Positions 10,764 to 19,549 of a stretch of 64,000 bases of DNA are shown here, piece by piece. The stretch covers positions 7,304-71,303 of the forward strand of contig JBGCEP010000035.1 of NCBI GenBank assembly GCA_045106415.1, read 5' to 3'. Below the pieces are notes generated by a model that did no database searches, was not told where the DNA came from, and saw only the letters and a list, made by a program, of their open reading frames with translations. The stretch comes from Oligoflexales bacterium. GTDB taxonomy: Bacteria; Bdellovibrionota_B; Oligoflexia; Oligoflexales; Bog-1112. The position numbers and the translations under genes were made by a program. Numbering within the stretch: position 1 is the first letter of the stretch; each line of letters opens with the position of its first letter.

Positions 10764-12439
10764 GATTGAGAATCTCTTTGTGGTGCAACATTTAGGTAAC
10801 GAAGGCTTTGCTCTACAATTTCAGCAAAAACTGGAGCAGCCCATACCCCGCCATAGTAAGGCTTTTTCGATGGTTCGTCGATCACAACATAAACGACAAT
10901 GTGGGGGTCAAGCGCTGGAGCAAAACCAGCAAAGCTGGCGATTCTTTTATTTTCTGAGTATTGACGAGTCTTGAGATCAAATTTTTCTGATGTGCCGGTT
11001 TTGCCTGCAACTTCGTAAGAGGGAGCTTGAGCTCTCTTGCCTGTGCCTCGTTTTACAACCTGATGGAGAGCTCTTCGAATTTGTAAAGCAGTGGCAGGGC
11101 TGACAACTGTTGTGTTGAGCCCTGGCAGGGTGGTTTGAGTGACTCCAGTGTGCGATGACTCAATTGATTTAACAAGACGAGGGGCAACGTATCGGCCCCC
11201 GTTCGCAAGAACGGCATATGCTGTGGCAATTTCTAGTCCTACAGTTGAGAGGCCTTGACCAAAGGCTATATTGGCAAGCTTGAGATCACTCCATGGTAGG
11301 TTCGGAGTTTTTCCGTGAGCCTCTTCAGGTAAGTGAAGACGAGAGTGACCAGAGAGGCCAAAGGCATTGAAGCCTGTTGTGAGAGAGTGAGCACCGAGAC
11401 GATTTGCGATTTGGTAGATACCAATATTACTGGAATAAACCAGAACATCTTCGGCAGATAGGCTTGGGTAAGGGTGGTCGTCATGAATACGTCCTTTTTC
11501 TAGTGCGAGCCTACCGTTAAAACATTCAATTTGTTCGTTGATATCAACTTTTCTTTGTTCGAGGGCTTGCGCGAGAACGATGGGTTTTAAGACAGACCCT
11601 GGTTCGTAGCGATCTGCTAAGGCATGATTACGCGTAGTGCTCCAGTTGATGTGCCGCCAATCGTTGGGATCGAAAGAGGGTTCGTTCGCAAGAGCTAGAA
11701 TATTTCCTGTATGAGGGTCTAAGACAATTGCAAATCCACTTTTTGCTTTTGAGGCCTTGACACCCTTTTTGAGCGCTGTTTGAGAAATTTCCTGAATCAC
11801 TTGATCAAGTGTGAGATGGATATTGTGTCCTGGTACTTCTGGCGTTGCAAAAGCAGTACTTAAAAAGATTGGCTTTCCACGAGCGTCACGAGATCTCATG
11901 ATTTTCATGGGCTCTCCCCGGAGGTGGCTCTCATAAGAACTCTCTAATCCTAAGAGCCCTACATTGTCGATACCGACGTACCCAATGAGGTGGGGAGCAA
12001 TGCCGTGGTTGGGGTAAAATCGAGAAGGTTCAATAATCTCAAAAACTCCAGGGATGTTGTAACTTTTTATTTTAGATGCGACAGTGTGAGAAACCTTTCT
12101 TTGTAACCATGCGAAATATTTTTCTTTTTTTGAAATTTTCCGTATTTTTCTTTTTGGAATTTTCAAAGCGCGAGCAAGAAGTGTGATATTTCGAGGGGTA
12201 GCGGAGAAAGTTTTTGGGTTCATTGCAATGGAGGGCGAGCGAATACTTATCGCTAGAGGGTTTTTCTTGTGATCAAAAACAGTGCCGCGATATGGAGCGA
12301 GTTCAATACGGGCTTCGTATTGACGATCTGCTAATGACGAGAGCGTGCTAGCCGGAGTCATATGAAGCCATACGGCACGAAATGCGAGTATAGAATAAAC
12401 AAAGCAAGTTAGATAAATAGCTGTTTTGATAGGTCTCAA
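10760..12439 (-). CDS. ftsI: Class B penicillin-binding protein (FtsI/PBP3-like transpeptidase)
   Basis: N-terminal TM anchor and all three transpeptidase motifs: SxxK (GSVLKP), SxN (YSSNIG), KTG (AGKTGTSE). The TTG start overlaps the ftsL stop. Confidence 0.9.
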   Translation of the reverse strand: MRPIKTAIYLTCFVYSILAFRAVWLHMTPASTLSSLADRQYEARIELAPYRGTVFDHKKNPLAISIRSPSIAMNPKTFSATPRNITLLARALKIPKRKIRKISKKEKYFAWLQRKVSHTVASKIKSYNIPGVFEIIEPSRFYPNHGIAPHLIGYVGIDNVGLLGLESSYESHLRGEPMKIMRSRDARGKPIFLSTAFATPEVPGHNIHLTLDQVIQEISQTALKKGVKASKAKSGFAIVLDPHTGNILALANEPSFDPNDWRHINWSTTRNHALADRYEPGSVLKPIVLAQALEQRKVDINEQIECFNGRLALEKGRIHDDHPYPSLSAEDVLVYSSNIGIYQIANRLGAHSLTTGFNAFGLSGHSRLHLPEEAHGKTPNLPWSDLKLANIAFGQGLSTVGLEIATAYAVLANGGRYVAPRLVKSIESSHTGVTQTTLPGLNTTVVSPATALQIRRALHQVVKRGTGKRAQAPSYEVAGKTGTSEKFDLKTRQYSENKRIASFAGFAPALDPHIVVYVVIDEPSKKPYYGGVWAAPVFAEIVEQSLRYLNVAPQRDSQS

Positions 12440-12681
12440 AGTGCTTTCACCTCATTGTTTGTTTGTGCAAGTTTTGTAAGCGAGGTTCGAGAAGTGATTT
12501 GTGCAAGTTTCGCGGTGAGCGAACTCCTAAGCTCTAAAAGTTGAGATTCATCAGATTTTAAACGCCCAATTTTATAACCTACGAGTGTTGTTTGTACACT
12601 GATGTGTACTTTTAAGAAGGCTAAGAGGAGTAAACAACAGGTACCAAAGACAAACACGAGCCTTTGTTTTTGGTTAGCCAT
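12436..12681 (-). CDS. ftsL: Cell division protein FtsL-like (small bitopic protein)
   Basis: 81 aa with one TM helix (LVFVFGTCCLLLLAFL) followed by a coiled-coil-like tail. GGAGG lies upstream. It holds the conserved slot between rsmH and ftsI. The call rests on size, topology and synteny only. Confidence 0.7.
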   Translation of the reverse strand: MANQKQRLVFVFGTCCLLLLAFLKVHISVQTTLVGYKIGRLKSDESQLLELRSSLTAKLAQITSRTSLTKLAQTNNEVKAL

Positions 12682-12737
12682 AAATCCTCCGTATAAAGGT
12701 TCTCTATAGACTAACCTGCGTCACGGCAGGATCCAAG

Positions 12738-13685
12738 CTAGAGCTTAGGGAGTTTTTCGATGACACGAAGTTTAGCGCTACGTGCCCGAGGGTTTTCTTG
12801 AATCTCTTCATCAGGGGGGATGAGCGGAAATGGCTTTATAATTTTCCCCTCTGGTGCAAAGTCTTTACTGATTTGTGCTTGCGTCATTGGAAGGCCGCGT
12901 GGAAGTTTCGGAGTTGAGGACCATTTTTGGAATTGTTTCTTAATAATACGGTCTTCGAGTGAGTGAAATGTGATCATCGCCATTCTCCCTCCGGGTTTCA
13001 GTGCTGCCCAGGCTTGTTCAAGGAGTGTTTCGATTTCTGCTAATTCTTGGTTGATGTGAATGCGAAGAGCTTGAAAACAGCGAGTGGCAGGGTGTGTTCG
13101 GCTGTTGTAGTATCCTGATGCATTTGCGATAAAGTCAGCAAGTTGTTTTGTTCGAGTGAATGGAGCTTCAGCTTGTGATTTAAGAACGGCTTTTGCAATT
13201 CTTAGGGCACGAGGCTCTTCGCCGTAAACTCTAAAAACACGAGCAAGATCAGAAACTCCAACACTTGCTAGGTATTCATCTGCACGTAAACCTGTATCGC
13301 TCATCCTCATATCGAGTGGGCCATCATGAGAAAAAGAAAACCCTCGCTCACCCTGATCAATCTGTGGAGACGAAACGCCAAAGTCTGCACCAATGGCATC
13401 TACTTGACCTACAAGGTCGAGGTTTTGCAGCTGCGCTGTAAGAGTTGAGAAGGGGGCTTCAATAAGTTCAGGCTTAAGAGAGCTCTCTGCGAAGCGGCCT
13501 TGAAGATGACGAATGGCTTGAGAATCACGATCAAAAGTGATCACGCGCCCGCTTTGATCAACTTGACTAAGCATAAGTGCGGTGTGACCACCTCCACCAC
13601 CTGTGCAGTCAACGGCGATCTGACCAGGCTTGAGTTGAAGACCTTGTACAAGTTGATTAGACAAAACAGTAATATGATGAAACAT
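12738..13685 (-). CDS. rsmH: 16S rRNA (cytosine1402-N4)-methyltransferase RsmH (MraW)
   Basis: 315 aa with MFHHITVL..., the SAM motif AVDCTGGGGGHT and FHSLEDRIIK. It is the first gene of the dcw cluster here. Confidence 0.95.
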   Translation of the reverse strand: MFHHITVLSNQLVQGLQLKPGQIAVDCTGGGGGHTALMLSQVDQSGRVITFDRDSQAIRHLQGRFAESSLKPELIEAPFSTLTAQLQNLDLVGQVDAIGADFGVSSPQIDQGERGFSFSHDGPLDMRMSDTGLRADEYLASVGVSDLARVFRVYGEEPRALRIAKAVLKSQAEAPFTRTKQLADFIANASGYYNSRTHPATRCFQALRIHINQELAEIETLLEQAWAALKPGGRMAMITFHSLEDRIIKKQFQKWSSTPKLPRGLPMTQAQISKDFAPEGKIIKPFPLIPPDEEIQENPRARSAKLRVIEKLPKL

Positions 13686-14005
13686 GATTGGTGGTCGCTC
13701 CCGTAAATACAGCTATCAGGGGGTTATTCCCGCTGTATAGGCGGATAAACATATATGCTTAGGCATAAAATGTCATGGGTGTTTCCGCCCTCTATTCATG
13801 TTGTGGTGGATAAACAGAGACCTACCCTTTTCTAGTGATCTGATGTTTTCTGTTGTCAGAGCCCTGCCATTGCTGTGTTTGAGTTTTCTTGAGTTGTTCA
13901 GGAGAACTCTGCCCATTGGCTCACATGTCTTTTTTGTCCGATAGTTTAGAAAACAGTTGGATGTGCCGATTGTTTTATAGAACCAAACTTTTAAAGGGAG
14001 TTTTT

Positions 14006-14851
14006 ATGAGAGTAGGATGGCGGCATAAAGCCGTCGCATTAGCTCTTTCTCTGGGGTTTCTAGGTATAGGTTGTTCTGATGATCAGCAGAATCAAGAACA
14101 AGAAGACTTAGAGGTGTCTCAAGAAGAGATTGATGGCGAGGGTGAGGTCACAGCTGAAGGAGAAGGAAACCTTTTTCCTGAGCAGCAAAATGACGGTTTA
14201 AATGGTTTTGAGGGGCTTGATAATGGAGTGATCCAGGAGCAAGCTTCACTTGACAACGGTTTTGGCGGTGAAGGTAATGCAAGTGAGGCAGTGGCTTCAG
14301 GAGCAGGGATGATGGTTCCCGTTATGGCTGAAGGAGGCTATGTTGGTGGTCCTGCCGGTCTTCCTGCTGCGCAGGGCTTGCCTGAGATGGGAACAAAGCT
14401 GCATTACGTGGTTGAGTCAGGAGATACTCTTTCAGGGATTGCTAAAAAGATTTTTGGCGATATGAAACGATATCCAGAACTTGCAAATTTGACTGGGATT
14501 TCAAACCCAGAGCGTATTTATCCAGGTGACTTGATTTATTATCAATTGACTCCTGAGACAGTTGATTTTGCGTCAAACTATGAATCAAGAACTAGAGAAG
14601 AAATCACAGTTCAGCCGGGTGACACATTGGCATCTATCGCAGAACGTGTTTATGGAAATTCAGAATACTGGAAAAATATTTGGCGTGAAAACGACCGAGT
14701 TCAAGATCCAAATAACCTAGAAGCCGGAATGGTTCTGTATTATGTACCAGCAGGCAGCGCAGTCGCAACAGCGTCTATACAACAAACTGATGATGCAATG
14801 TTGAGTGATGAGACAAGAAGAAAAATGAACGTAGAAGTCGGTTCAGTGTGA
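14006..14851 (+). CDS. LysM-domain lipoprotein (two LysM repeats, acidic linker)
   Basis: ATG 14006 is preceded by AGGGAG. Signal peptide with lipobox LGFLGIGC, then an E/D/Q/G-rich low-complexity stretch. Two LysM repeats follow (HYVVESGDTLSGIAKKIF...GDLIYY and ITVQPGDTLASIAERVY...GMVLYY). The ORF-track start at 13889 seems too far upstream. Confidence 0.8.
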   Translation: MRVGWRHKAVALALSLGFLGIGCSDDQQNQEQEDLEVSQEEIDGEGEVTAEGEGNLFPEQQNDGLNGFEGLDNGVIQEQASLDNGFGGEGNASEAVASGAGMMVPVMAEGGYVGGPAGLPAAQGLPEMGTKLHYVVESGDTLSGIAKKIFGDMKRYPELANLTGISNPERIYPGDLIYYQLTPETVDFASNYESRTREEITVQPGDTLASIAERVYGNSEYWKNIWRENDRVQDPNNLEAGMVLYYVPAGSAVATASIQQTDDAMLSDETRRKMNVEVGSV

Positions 14852-14990
14852 ACCATGTAAAGAAGTGGAGTTGTTCGTGAGAACAAAGAGTATCGAAGTG
14901 TTTAGAAAATGACGATAACGTGGCATGTTTTGAGATGTAGCGAGTTTGTTTGATTCCAACAGAAATAAACAAATACGCCAACAACACAAA

Positions 14991-15947
14991 CTAAAGCGCG
15001 ATAGAGATATTTTGACAACGAATTTGATTGTCTATGCTTTCAGCATCTTTACAAAAGGTCTTCGGCAACAGAAGACTTTGAGAAACCGTAGAACCTGAGA
15101 GTTGGCACCCTGGATAGATAATGCTTCCGGGGCCGACAGTTCCATTAGTTTTCTTCAAGACATCTTTAGAAATATAGCTCGGGCCGTGTAAGGTGAGCGC
15201 ATGAATATGCTCTGTTATACCTTTGGGCACGTGGTGCCATTCATTGCAGGAGTCATGGAATCTTAAAAAATGAGCTTTGTAGTAGTCTTGGGGGGTTCCT
15301 AGGTCTATCCAGCGGCCTTGGCTTGGTAGAGTGTTGATCTTTTTTCCAGCAACAAGCCATTGGTTGTATGTTGTTGCCAGTTCTTGTGTGCCGGCAGGGA
15401 TGCTCTGAAGAGTGCGGTGGTTTAAAATTTGTGCACAAGCAAAACTGTGAGGTTGTGTCTGTTTAGGTTGTGAGCCACCAATCTTTATCAGAGTGTGATC
15501 GTTTTGAACCCACAAAGGATTTGCACCAGCATGACTTGGGGAACGAGTGCTCATCAGAATGTCTGGTTTTTCTCTAGAGTAGTGTGCAATAAAATTTGTG
15601 AGAGGTTCTGAGTGATAAATATCACTATTGACGACAATAAGGTCAGATGTACCTCGCCACTCTGTCATCGGAGAAAAAGCGCCTAAGGTTCCGAGAAGCT
15701 TAGGCTCGTAAAAAACACTGACACCTTCTTGTTGGTCTGCCCAGAGTTTAAGTTTTTGCGAAAGGTGGTGTGTGTTTACTGCTATTTTTTCAACGCCAAC
15801 TTCTCTGAGTTTTTGCAACGCAAGATCAATTAAGAAATGCTCACCGAGAGGTAAAAGTGGTTTGGGTGTTGTGTTTGTAAGTGGTGCCATGCGAGAGCCA
15901 AAACCTGCGGCTAAAATCACTCCTTTTAAAGGAAAAGAGTCAGGCAT
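14991..15947 (-). CDS. Sugar-1-phosphate nucleotidyltransferase, MurU-like, with C-terminal extension
   Basis: N-terminal NTP-transferase motif GVILAAGFGSRMAPLTNTTPKPLLPL. It overlaps the upstream kinase gene by 8 nt, matching the amgK-murU arrangement. About 100 extra C-terminal residues are present. Confidence 0.7.
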   Translation of the reverse strand: MPDSFPLKGVILAAGFGSRMAPLTNTTPKPLLPLGEHFLIDLALQKLREVGVEKIAVNTHHLSQKLKLWADQQEGVSVFYEPKLLGTLGAFSPMTEWRGTSDLIVVNSDIYHSEPLTNFIAHYSREKPDILMSTRSPSHAGANPLWVQNDHTLIKIGGSQPKQTQPHSFACAQILNHRTLQSIPAGTQELATTYNQWLVAGKKINTLPSQGRWIDLGTPQDYYKAHFLRFHDSCNEWHHVPKGITEHIHALTLHGPSYISKDVLKKTNGTVGPGSIIYPGCQLSGSTVSQSLLLPKTFCKDAESIDNQIRCQNISIAL

Positions 15948-16926
15948 GATCAGCCTCTTTGACAGCAGCTTCTAAAAAAGGCCAGGGGCTCATATCAAGA
16001 TGTTTTAAAATTTCGCAAGAAACAGGAATATATGGGGTGTAATCACCTCTTTTAAGTTGCGTGAGGTAGTAGAAGCTTCCAAGAGCTTTCATAAGCCTTT
16101 GAATAGCAACAGGTCTCCAGGAGTTCAAAATCTCTTTAGAGTGTTCAAAGTGAAGGCAGTTTTCTTCGAGGAGTTGAACGCGTTCATCAAAGTTTTTAGA
16201 AACATAAGGGTCGAAGCAGAGTGAGACAAGATCGTAAGCAGCAGGACCCATTCGTGCATCTTGAAAATCAATCAGAATCCACTCATTCTGACTGGTCACC
16301 ATAATGTTTCGGCTGTGAAAATCTCGGTGAGTGATCACCTGAGGGCTTTGCATGATGTCGTGGCAGAGGCGTTGAGCATCTTCTTTGAAGGATTGCAGCG
16401 GGATAGTGATTTTTGCGTGGCTGTGAAAGAAAAGAAGTTCGTTATAAAAGGTTTCGCTGCTAAAATCTTGATTAGGAGTAGGCGTTGACGTTTGGTTGAT
16501 GCGGGAGCATAGTAGCGAAGCTTGATGATATAATGACCTGAAGTCTGTTGGATTTTCTTCAAGTTGTTTTGAAAGGGTTGTGTCCCCACAGTCTTCAACC
16601 AGTAAGCATGCGCTATCGTGTAGAACCGAGTGAATCTTGGGGGTTCGGATACCAGATTGCCGGAAACTTTCACAGAGAGTAACCCATGTGTGCTCTTTGA
16701 GTTTGAGTTGCTCTTTTTCTTCTTCTGGTAGCACCATAAGAACTTGACTGGGGAGTGTGTGTGAGAGCCGATAAAATTGACGACCTGAGCCGTCTCCAGC
16801 AATTTTACTAATATGCTGTCTATCGAGGCAGACGCTTTGCCGGATTTCAGTAATAATTGAAGGAAGGTATGCTTGGTGTTTGTTCAAATTTAAGGTTGAA
16901 TTTGTTAAGGTTTCGGACCCGGGCAT
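15940..16926 (-). CDS. Aminoglycoside-phosphotransferase-fold sugar kinase, AmgK-like (anomeric MurNAc/GlcNAc kinase)
   Basis: APH/kinase catalytic loop HRDFHSRNIMV and the metal-binding motif LIDFQDARMGPAAYDLVSL. It is coupled to the nucleotidyltransferase gene. Confidence 0.7.
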   Translation of the reverse strand: MPGSETLTNSTLNLNKHQAYLPSIITEIRQSVCLDRQHISKIAGDGSGRQFYRLSHTLPSQVLMVLPEEEKEQLKLKEHTWVTLCESFRQSGIRTPKIHSVLHDSACLLVEDCGDTTLSKQLEENPTDFRSLYHQASLLCSRINQTSTPTPNQDFSSETFYNELLFFHSHAKITIPLQSFKEDAQRLCHDIMQSPQVITHRDFHSRNIMVTSQNEWILIDFQDARMGPAAYDLVSLCFDPYVSKNFDERVQLLEENCLHFEHSKEILNSWRPVAIQRLMKALGSFYYLTQLKRGDYTPYIPVSCEILKHLDMSPWPFLEAAVKEADHA

Positions 16927-16976
16927 GGGTGATCCCCTTCCTGTGGTTCTTGAGGTTGAGATGAGGTCAGACGAAC

Positions 16977-17870
16977 GTGGGTAAATTAATTCCAGCGCCA
17001 GAGCGATCCCCAGCTACTGTATCACCTCTCCAAAGGTATTTGAAAGAGATCTCTAGGTATGATCTTTTGGAGCCAGAAGAAGAATTGAAATTGGCGACAG
17101 AGCATTATGAGGCTGGAGATGTAGATGCGGCACATCGTTTAATTACTGCAAATCTCCGACTTGTTGTGAAAATTGCGAATGATTTTAGTAGAACTCAAGC
17201 CCATATGATGGACCTGATCCAAGAGGGGAATTATGGTTTGATGCAAGCTGTTAAAAAGTTTAATCCGTACAAAGGCGTTAAACTTTCAAGTTATGCAGCT
17301 TGGTGGATCAAGGCTTATATATTGAAGTACCTCATGGACAATAGAGGGCAAGTGCGTATTGCAACCACTGCTAATCAAAGAAAGGTTTTCTACAACCTAC
17401 AAAAAGAGACGCAAAAACTGCTAGAAGAATATGACACTGCTGACACAAGGCTTTTGGCTGCTCGCATGGATGTTCCAGAAGAAGATGTGATTGAAATGCA
17501 GATGAGGCTTGGAGGTGGAGAAGTTTCTTTGGATGAGCAAGTCTCCTTTGGTGATCAAGGTTCTTCGGTGTCACGTGGTGAACGCATGGCAGATGAGAAT
17601 CTTCCAAGTCTTGAAGATTGGGTAGCTCAAAAAGAATTGCAAGAACTGTTCTTTGTTCATATTGAAGAATTTAGAAAAACTCTTTCAGAGCGTGATGCAG
17701 ATATTTTTGCAAATAGATTACTGAGCGATGAGCCACAGACTTTACAAGAAATAGGAAACCGTTACAGTGTGTCACGAGAAAGAGCGCGGCAGCTAGAGGT
17801 TCGTATTATGAAAAATTTTAGACAGTTTGTAGAAGATAAAGGTGTTTTAGATCCTCAGGAAGGCTTATGA
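16977..17870 (+). CDS. rpoH: RNA polymerase sigma-32 (heat-shock sigma factor RpoH)
   Basis: Sigma-70-family regions 2 (DLIQEGNYGLMQAVKKF) and 4.2 (LQEIGNRYSVSRERARQLE), plus an RpoH-box-like QRKVFYNLQK. GTG start. Confidence 0.85.
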   Translation: MGKLIPAPERSPATVSPLQRYLKEISRYDLLEPEEELKLATEHYEAGDVDAAHRLITANLRLVVKIANDFSRTQAHMMDLIQEGNYGLMQAVKKFNPYKGVKLSSYAAWWIKAYILKYLMDNRGQVRIATTANQRKVFYNLQKETQKLLEEYDTADTRLLAARMDVPEEDVIEMQMRLGGGEVSLDEQVSFGDQGSSVSRGERMADENLPSLEDWVAQKELQELFFVHIEEFRKTLSERDADIFANRLLSDEPQTLQEIGNRYSVSRERARQLEVRIMKNFRQFVEDKGVLDPQEGL

Positions 17871-18451
17871 AGTGGGAAGTGAAATCAAAAGAAGTTGTTC
17901 TTGATACGATTCCTTTTCAAGTCGAAAAACTTTATCTTTCTAAGGATCAAGAAGAGATCCCAGAACCATACCATCGTTTATTAGCACCAGATTGGGTGAA
18001 TGTTTTAGCGATAACAACAGATGGGCAAGCGGTACTGATTCGACAATATCGTGCAGGTGTCCATGACTATTGCTTGGAGACACCCGGAGGCTGTGTTGAT
18101 AAGAATGATGCTGGGGCGTTCAAGCAAGCTGCTTGTCGTGAGCTAGAAGAAGAAACGGGCTATCGGGTTGGAATCGAAAATTTAGAACTATTGGGTGCCG
18201 TGTCACCAAATCCCGCTATTCAAGATAATCGTATTCATTTTTACATGGCTCAAAATGTGTATCTCCCGAAAAAAAGAGTTCATTTTCCAGATGAAAATGA
18301 AGATATTGAAGTTGTGTTGATGCCATTGGAAGAATTGTACCAGAGCATTGTAAACGGCCGAATGCAGCATGGTTTATGTACACTGTGTGTATTCATGGGT
18401 ATTGAGCGATTATTTCCGCGGGGTAAATTTTTTAAAAAACAGAGTATCTAG
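17867..18451 (+). CDS. NUDIX hydrolase (ADP-ribose pyrophosphatase-like)
   Basis: Nudix box GGCVDKNDAGAFKQAACRELEEETGY. ATGA overlap with the rpoH stop. Confidence 0.85.
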   Translation: MKWEVKSKEVVLDTIPFQVEKLYLSKDQEEIPEPYHRLLAPDWVNVLAITTDGQAVLIRQYRAGVHDYCLETPGGCVDKNDAGAFKQAACRELEEETGYRVGIENLELLGAVSPNPAIQDNRIHFYMAQNVYLPKKRVHFPDENEDIEVVLMPLEELYQSIVNGRMQHGLCTLCVFMGIERLFPRGKFFKKQSI

Positions 18452-18564
18452 TAGATTTTTAATGATTTTATAAGGTGTTGCGTTGACATCGTATGAGACA
18501 TGAATGATCATTTAGGTGCTTGATCTTATAGAAAGTCACTGAAAGTCCATACATCATTGCTGCT

Positions 18565-19536
18565 ATGGAAGTCATGAGAACAGGAGCGATTTTGTTTCGC
18601 AGTCAGTATCTTAAAATGAAAGCATATATCCGTCTTCGCCTTCAGATGTGGCTCGGACTTAACCAAGTACAACAGAGTTTAACTCGTCACGAAAAAGACC
18701 TTAATGTGGTGCAGCTTCTACATAAAAGTTGGGAGCAAGAAAGCGTTGGGATGCGTTTGGAATCGCTTGAAGTAAAAATTAATCAAGCTTTAGCTTCTAA
18801 ACGTTTAGGTTCATCAGCGATACAACACCAAGATCGATCAAAAGTGGATTGGGATCATTTATACGATCGCTTTGAAAGCTATTTTCGTGGAGGGGTGGAT
18901 CTGGTTTTAGAGCGTATCCGAGAACGCTATGCTGGCCGCTTGAGCCAGCTAGCTTCACAGTGGGAACGGCCAGTATTTTTAGATTTAGGCTGTGGTCGTG
19001 CTGAACTACTGGATGTTGCAAAAGGGTGTGGGTATGAAACGCGAGGTGTTGACTTATCGCGAGTGGCTGCGCAACAAGCAAAAGAAAAAGGTCATCAGGT
19101 TGTTGATGGAGATCTTTTGGAAGAGCTCCGCCGTATGCCTGAAAATAGTGCTCATGTTATTGGGTTTTTGCATGTGATAGAGCATTGTGAACCGAAGTAT
19201 ATTGCAGAAGTTTTTCATGAAGTTGAGCGAGTTGCTGTTGATGATGGTGTTTTTATCGTAGAAACGCCTTCGTTATTTTCGATTTGGGCTGGTATGCGAC
19301 AGTTTTATTTGGACCCAACACATGTGAGGCCGGTCCACCCTGAGTATATCCTTTTTTTAGGTAGAGAATTTGGCTTTGTGCATGGCGAGCTTTTAGAGTT
19401 TGCAGATGTTGAACACCCACAGCGACCACAATTTGGTGGCGATACTGCCCTTGAGAAAAAACTTCAAAAAATGGAATCTTGGATGTTTGGACATATGGAT
19501 ATGACGTGCTGGATGAGTAAAACGTCGCTTCCTTAG
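18565..19536 (+). CDS. Class I SAM-dependent methyltransferase
   Basis: SAM motif I VFLDLGCGRAELL and a coiled-coil-like N-terminal part. The start codon is uncertain because several in-frame ATGs are present. Confidence 0.75.
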   Translation: MEVMRTGAILFRSQYLKMKAYIRLRLQMWLGLNQVQQSLTRHEKDLNVVQLLHKSWEQESVGMRLESLEVKINQALASKRLGSSAIQHQDRSKVDWDHLYDRFESYFRGGVDLVLERIRERYAGRLSQLASQWERPVFLDLGCGRAELLDVAKGCGYETRGVDLSRVAAQQAKEKGHQVVDGDLLEELRRMPENSAHVIGFLHVIEHCEPKYIAEVFHEVERVAVDDGVFIVETPSLFSIWAGMRQFYLDPTHVRPVHPEYILFLGREFGFVHGELLEFADVEHPQRPQFGGDTALEKKLQKMESWMFGHMDMTCWMSKTSLP

Positions 19537-19549
19537 CGTTGAGAGTATT

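Noticed and set aside
16335-16802. 155-aa ORF on the same strand, in an alternate frame inside the amgK-like gene
   Set aside because: It is fully nested in a gene with clear kinase motifs. Its sequence is low-complexity and lacks motifs, and it has no RBS. It is a typical shadow ORF.
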